A stretch of 64,000 nucleotides of DNA. Source: Candidatus Poribacteria bacterium (GTDB lineage Bacteria > Poribacteria > WGA-4E > PCPOR2b). Every line of letters starts with the position of its first letter. Within the stretch, counting starts at the first letter, position 1. Position numbers and translations under genes: made by a program. The notes under the pieces are model-generated. The model ran no database searches, was not told where the DNA came from, and saw nothing but the letters and a program-made list of their open reading frames with translations. The stretch is from positions 672,001-736,000 of the forward strand of contig OZ244042.1 of assembly GCA_965215015.1 (NCBI GenBank), written 5' to 3'. Of this stretch, positions 58,850 through 64,000 are shown in pieces.

Positions 58850-61422
58850 TGTCTGAATCAGGATTTTCAGGATGGAAGGATAAACAGGATAGCAACGGCA
58901 GCATCAAAAATTCCTGGGAATCCTAGAATCAGGTGAATCGAGCTTCTGACAATTTATACGGTCTCCTCCCTGAAGAAATGGCGATTGTGGAGTGTGCGGA
59001 ACATGTCTGAATCAGGATTTTCAGGATGGAAGGATAAACAGGATAGCAAGGGCAGCATCAAAGATTCCTGGGAATCCTAGAATCAGGTGAATCGAGCTTC
59101 TGACAATTTATACGGTCTCCTCCCTGAAGAAATGGCGATTGTGGAGTGTGCGGAACATGTCTGAATCAGGATTTTCAGGATGGAAGGATAAACAGGATAG
59201 AAGGGGCAGCATCAAAAATTCCTGGGAATCATAGAATCTTGTGAATCGAGATTCTGAGAGTGGCGGAACATGTCTGAATCAGGATTTTCAGGTTGGAAGG
59301 ATAAACAGGATAGAAGGGGCAGCATCAAAATTTCTTGCGAATCCTAGAATCAGGTGAATCGAGATTCTGGCAGTTGCGGGAGATGCGTGAATGAGATAAT
59401 GAGATAAGGTGTCTATTTGAATCGGTGTGCTGAATCAGGGTTTCGAGGCTGGAAGGATAAACAGGATAGCAAGGGCAGCATCAAAGATTCCTGGGAATCC
59501 TAGAATCAGGTAAATCGAGCTTCTGACAATTTATACGGTCTCCTCCCTGAAGAAATGGCGATTGTGGAGTGTGCGGAACATGTCTGAATCAGGATTTTCA
59601 GGATGGAAGGATAAACAGGATGGCAACGGCAGCATCAAAAATTCCTGCGAATCCTAGAATCTGGTAAATCCGGATTCTGACAGTGTCGGGAGATGCGTGA
59701 ATGAGATAATGAGATAAGGTGTCTATTTGAATCGGTGTGCTGAATCAGGGTTTCGAGGCTGGCGGGATAAACAGGATAGGGCAGCATCAAAATTTCCTGC
59801 GAATCCTAGAATCAGGTGAATCCAGATTCTGACAATTTATACGGTCTCCTCCCTGAAGAAATGGCGATTGTGGAGTGTGCGGAACATGTCTGAATCAGGA
59901 TTTTCAGGATGGAAGGATAAACAGGATGGCAACGGCAGCATCAAAAATTCCTGGGAATCATAGAATCAGGTGAATCCAGATTCTGAGAGTGGGGGGAGAT
60001 GCGTGAATGAGATAAGGTGTCTATTTGAATCGGTGTGCTGAATCAGGGTTTTGAGGCTGGCGGGATAAACAGGATAGCAAGGGCAGCATCAAAGATTCCT
60101 GGGAATCATAGAATCTTGTGAATCGAGATTCTGACAGTGGCGGAACATGTCTGAATCAGGATTTTCAGGATGGAAGGATAAACAGGATAGCAACGGCAGC
60201 ATCAAAATTTCCTGGGAATCATAGAATCAGGTAAATCGAGATTCAGACAATTTATACGGTCTCCTCCCTGAAGAAATGGCGATTGTGGAGTGTGCGGAAC
60301 ATGTCTGAATCAGGATTTTCAGGATGGAAGGATAAACAGGATAGCAACGGCAGCATCAAAAATTTCTTGCGAATCCTAGAATCAGGTGAATCCAGATTCT
60401 GAGAGTGGGGGGAGATGCGTGAATGAGATAAGGTGTCTATTTGAATCGGTGTGCTGAATCAGGGTTTCGAGGCTGGAAGGATAAACAGGATAGCAAGGGC
60501 AGCATCAAAAATTTCTTGCGAATCCTAGAATCAGGTGAATCCAGATTCTGAGAGTGGGGGGAGATGCCTGAATGAGATAAGGTGTCTATTTGAATCGGTG
60601 TGCTGAATCAGGGTTTTGAGGCTGGCGGGATAAACAGGATAGGGCAGCATCAAAAATTCCTGGGAATCCTAGAATCTGGTAAATCCGGATTCTGACAGTT
60701 GCGGGAGATGCGTGAATGAGATAATGAGATAAGGTGTCTATGTGAATCGGTGTGCTGAATCAGGGTTTCGAGGCTGGCGGGATAAACAGGATAGAAGGGG
60801 CAGCATCAAAATTTCCTGGGAATCATAGAATCTTGTGAATCGAGATTCAGACAATTTATACGGTCTCCTCCCTGAAGAAATGGCGATTGTGGAGTGTGCG
60901 GAACATGTCTGAATCAGGATTTTCAGGATGGAAGGATAAACAGGATAGCAACGGCAGCATCAAAATTTCCTGGGAATCATAGAATCTTGTGAATCGAGAT
61001 TCTGACAGTGGCGGAACATGTCTGAATCAGGATTTTCAGGCTGGCGGGATAAACAGGATAGCAAGGGCAGCATCAAAAATTCCTGGGAATCCTAGAATCA
61101 GGTGAATCGAGATTCTGAGAGTGGGGGGAGATGCCTGAATGAGATAAGGTGTCTATTTGAATCGGTGTGCTGAATCAGGATTTTCAGGATGGAAGGATAA
61201 ACAGGATAGCAACGGCAGCATCAAAGATTCCTGGGAATCCTAGAATCAGGTGAATCGAGCTTCTGACAATTTATACGGTCTCCCCCCTGAAGAAATGGCG
61301 ATTGTGGAGTGTGCGGAACATGTCTGAATCAGGATTTTCAGGCTGGCGGGATAAACAGGATAGCAAGGGCAGCATCAAAGATTCCTGGGAATCGTAGAAT
61401 CTGGTAAATCCAGATTCTGACA
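58850..61422. repeat. Array of 18 imperfectly palindromic ~98-103-bp units separated by three recurring spacer classes
   Basis: Unit TGTCTGAATCAGGATTTTCAGGATGGAAGGATAAACAGGAT...AATCC/AATC...GATTCTGACA; starts at about 58850, 59004, 59158, 59271, 59427, 59581, 59737, 59887, 60035, 60148, 60302, 60451, 60600, 60752, 60906, 61019, 61167, 61321; no ORF of 60 aa or more in the track. Confidence 0.95.
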
Positions 61423-61463
61423 ATTGTATACTATTGATGCATCTGTAAGCCGATAGCCCTCGC

Positions 61464-61675
61464 TTAACTCATTTACCCCCATTTTTTTTGGTTATAGATT
61501 TGATTTATTTTTATGATTTAGGATAGTGAGAATACTTGTGATTAAGGGTGTTGGCATGTATCTCCCCTGCACATTGGCAGTGTGAACCATATCTGACAAC
61601 CCTTTCTCACATCTAGACCTCTCTAAAACAACCAACATGACACCTCTAAAAAAAATGGGGGTAAGTGAATGTTAA
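61464..61675. mobile_element. ~210-bp MITE-like element bounded by TTAA
   Basis: TTAACTCATTTACCCCCATTTTTTTT ... AAAAAAAATGGGGGTAAGTGAATGTTAA. Confidence 0.65.
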
Positions 61676-61683
61676 TTATCCTC

Positions 61684-61712
61684 TTGACAAACTGAGGATA
61701 ATCGTCTAAAAT
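61684..61712 (+). promoter_or_regulatory. Sigma70 promoter of the tRNA operon
   Basis: TTGACA-17 nt-TAAAAT, 12 nt upstream of tRNA-Asp. Confidence 0.8.
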
Positions 61713-61724
61713 ATAAGTCTTGTC

Positions 61725-61803
61725 GGACCCGTAGTGTAGCCTGGTTAAACACATCTGCCTGTCACGCAGAAGATCGCGGGTTCAAATCCCGTCGGGTCCG
61801 CCA
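61725..61803 (+). tRNA. tRNA-Asp(GTC)
   Basis: Cloverleaf, anticodon arm TCTGC-CTGTCAC-GCAGA, GTTCAAATC, CCA end. Confidence 0.96.
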
Positions 61804-61916
61804 GCTATTTATCTTTTCGTATTAATTTAATATCTTTGCGGAATGTGCGTAAAAAGAGGCTTATGCCGCAATGAAAAGCAACCAAGATTAACCCCTGCGA
61901 ATCAAGGTTGGATTTT

Positions 61917-61993
61917 GGGCGGGTAGCTCAGTTGGCTAGAGCGACGGCCTTACAAGCCGTAGGTCACAGGTTCAAGTCCTGTTCCGCCTACCA
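61917..61993 (+). tRNA. tRNA-Val(TAC)
   Basis: ACGGC-CTTACAA-GCCGT, GTTCAAGTC, CCA end. Confidence 0.96.
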
Positions 61994-62014
61994 GAAATAA
62001 AAGCGACCCTTGTC

Positions 62015-62093
62015 GGACCCGTAGTGTAGCCTGGTTAAACACATCTGCCTGTCACGCAGAAGATCGCGGGTTCAAATCCCGTCGGGTCCGCCA
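62015..62093 (+). tRNA. tRNA-Asp(GTC), identical second copy
   Basis: Identical to 61725-61803. Confidence 0.96.
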
Positions 62094-62098
62094 GTTGT

Positions 62099-62136
62099 TA
62101 AAGCCACAGGCTGTGCTTAACAGTCTGTGGCTTTTT
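62099..62136 (+). terminator. Intrinsic terminator after the tRNA operon
   Basis: AAAGCCACAGGCTGT-loop-ACAGTCTGTGGCTTTTT. Confidence 0.7.
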
Positions 62137-62176
62137 CATATCTACAGATCGAAAATATAAGAAGGAGGGCGTTCTT

Positions 62177-63475
62177 GTGTTAGATCTCAAATTCATCCGC
62201 CAAAACCCCGATGCGGTTCGAGCGATGCTAGCCGCTCGTCGGATGACAGCACCGTTGGAGGAACTTATTGAGGTAGACAGCAAATGGCGTGAATCATTGG
62301 GGGAGACAGAATCACTCAGAAGTCATCAGAACAGGGTCTCAAAAGAAATTGCACAACTCAAGAGAAACAAGCAGGATGCCTCCGAGCAGATTGCCAAGAT
62401 GAAAACGGTGTCTCAGAAGATTAAGACGTTGAACGATCAATCACAGTGTTATAAAAGTGAGGTCGATAAGATTTTAATGCTCATCCCAAACATGCCGGAT
62501 GCCAGCACACCGATTGGAAATAGCGAGGCAGATAATATCGAGATTAAGCACTGGGGAGAAATCCGAAACTTCGATTTTGAGCCGAAGCCGCACTGGGAAC
62601 TTGCGGAGGCGTTGGACATCGTTGATTTTCAGCGGGGAGCGAAGGTCGCCGGCAGCAACTTTGTGTTATACAAAGGGTTAGGGGCGAAATTGGAACGTGC
62701 GCTGATCAATTTTATGCTGGATTTGCATGTCTCTCAACACGGGTACACAGAGGTCTCCCCGCCTTTTGTCGCTAACCGTCTAACGATGACGGGCACAGGC
62801 CAGTTGCCCAAATTTGAGTCAGATATGTATCGGTGCGATCGTGACCGAGAGAATGAGGAGACGGATCTCTTTCTCATCCCAACCGCAGAGGTGCCGGTCA
62901 CTAATATTTTCGCTGGGGAGATTTTGAACGGCGAGGAGCTGCCGATCTACTATACCGCATACACTCCCTGTTTCCGACGAGAGGCGGGTTCTTACGGTCG
63001 GGAAACCCGCGGATTGCAACGTCTCCACCAGTTTGATAAGGTCGAAATGGTGAAATTAACCCTTCCGGAGACCTCTTACGACGAACACGAATCGTTGCTG
63101 CGTGATGCCGAGGAGGTTTTGCAAGCCTTCAAACTTCCCTACCGAGTCATTCAACATTGCACAGTTGATCTCTCATTCTCAGCAGCGAAGTGTTATGACA
63201 TCGAGCTTTGGGCACCAGTTGACGCAAAGTTTAACCTGGAAATTTCTTCGTGCAGTAATTTTGAGGATTTTCAGGCGCGTCGTGCGAATATCCGTTTCCG
63301 TCGTGAACCGGGCGCGAAACCTGAATTGGTGCATACCCTCAACGCCTCCGGGACAGCACTGCCACGATTGGTCATTGCAATCCTCGAAACGTATCAGCAG
63401 GAGGATGGGAGCATTCGGATTCCAGAGGCTCTCATACCTTACATGGGTGGGGTTGAGACGCTTGAATTGACGTGA
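62177..63475 (+). CDS. serS: Serine--tRNA ligase
   Basis: [36 protein letters not shown]. Confidence 0.97.
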   Translation: MLDLKFIRQNPDAVRAMLAARRMTAPLEELIEVDSKWRESLGETESLRSHQNRVSKEIAQLKRNKQDASEQIAKMKTVSQKIKTLNDQSQCYKSEVDKILMLIPNMPDASTPIGNSEADNIEIKHWGEIRNFDFEPKPHWELAEALDIVDFQRGAKVAGSNFVLYKGLGAKLERALINFMLDLHVSQHGYTEVSPPFVANRLTMTGTGQLPKFESDMYRCDRDRENEETDLFLIPTAEVPVTNIFAGEILNGEELPIYYTAYTPCFRREAGSYGRETRGLQRLHQFDKVEMVKLTLPETSYDEHESLLRDAEEVLQAFKLPYRVIQHCTVDLSFSAAKCYDIELWAPVDAKFNLEISSCSNFEDFQARRANIRFRREPGAKPELVHTLNASGTALPRLVIAILETYQQEDGSIRIPEALIPYMGGVETLELT

Positions 63476-63838
63476 TACGTGAAACGTTGACCTCGTGGAA
63501 GAAAGGCAGAAGAAATTCAAGGTGTAAGTGGAGATCAAGCAGGACAACCCCACATTTCAATATGGGTGCTACTGGAAATCAAAAAACGTATATGAGAGAC
63601 AATATATGCTCAAGCCAGACGAGATTACGGGCGCGATTGAATCAATAAGCGGATCTGTCGCTTGGTAATCTCCTGTAACCGGTGCTCCCATTCCTTCCGT
63701 TCTGCCTCCAGTTCTGGGAGGTGTGAAGGTCTGTTCCTTTCTGTTGTTACCGTTCACTGTAGCGGTGCACCGTTGTTAGGCGGTTCAACCCTGTGAGTTA
63801 TAGGAGTGCGTTACATCCGAAAAAAGAAGGAGAATACA

Positions 63839-64000
63839 ATGAATGACAAAGGCTATGCTCATCCACAATTGCTGATTTCCGTTGAAGAGTTGATGAGCAG
63901 ACTCGACGACGGTTCAATCTGCCTTGTGGATGTTCGACCGACGCATGAATATGTCGAGGGACATATCCCCGGTGCTATCCATCTCGATCTATTCGCAATC
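63839..64000 (+). CDS. Rhodanese-type sulfurtransferase (partial)
   Basis: MNDKGYAHPQLLISVEEL...VDVR...YVEGHIPGA; AAGGAG RBS. Confidence 0.85.
   Translation, partial: MNDKGYAHPQLLISVEELMSRLDDGSICLVDVRPTHEYVEGHIPGAIHLDLFAI

Noticed and set aside
58850-61422. CRISPR array
   Set aside because: Repeats are ~100 bp and polymorphic, spacers recur rather than being unique, and there are no cas genes
58850-61422. Integron attC array or repeat-protein gene
   Set aside because: No RYYYAAC/GTTRRRY cores and no intI; no ORF of 60 aa or more in any frame
232-63553. Numerous short antisense/overlapping ORFs in the track
   Set aside because: Shadow frames of well-supported genes, without motifs or RBS
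63569-63757. Small minus-strand ORF or ncRNA after serS
   Set aside because: No recognisable motif, RBS or RNA family; at most a gene fragment

Overview
A bacterial chromosomal window of about 50% GC. Gene content and repeat families suggest a Candidatus Poribacteria-like or PVC-like organism, which is inference only. Metabolic and housekeeping genes include glcE/glcD, mrp-iscS, sugar-type oxidoreductases and hydrolases, an acetoin/2-oxoacid dehydrogenase E1a/E1b/E2 operon, nadD-yacG-yqeK-rsfS-argS, queC, a PhnY/PhnZ-like pair, tRNA-Asp/Val/Asp and serS. There is also a surface-polysaccharide cluster with a Wbp-like diacetamido-uronate pathway, a sulfotransferase, a flippase and an asnB frameshifted at a G10 run. 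Defence genes are mostly decaying: a type II R-M pair with a nonsense codon in the nuclease and DPPY->APPY in the methylase, a MADS mad3/mad4 remnant and a vapBC remnant; only an SBD-HNH type IV nuclease looks intact. The standout is a 2.57-kb non-coding array (58850-61422) of 18 imperfectly palindromic ~102-bp units. They are separated by only three recurring spacer types in irregular order, and one spacer translates to the C-terminal motif of type IIG R-M enzymes (LYGLLPEEMAIVE). Several MITE/REP-like families and a PFK homologue lacking its catalytic residues are also present. All counts and coordinates were read by eye and need computational confirmation.
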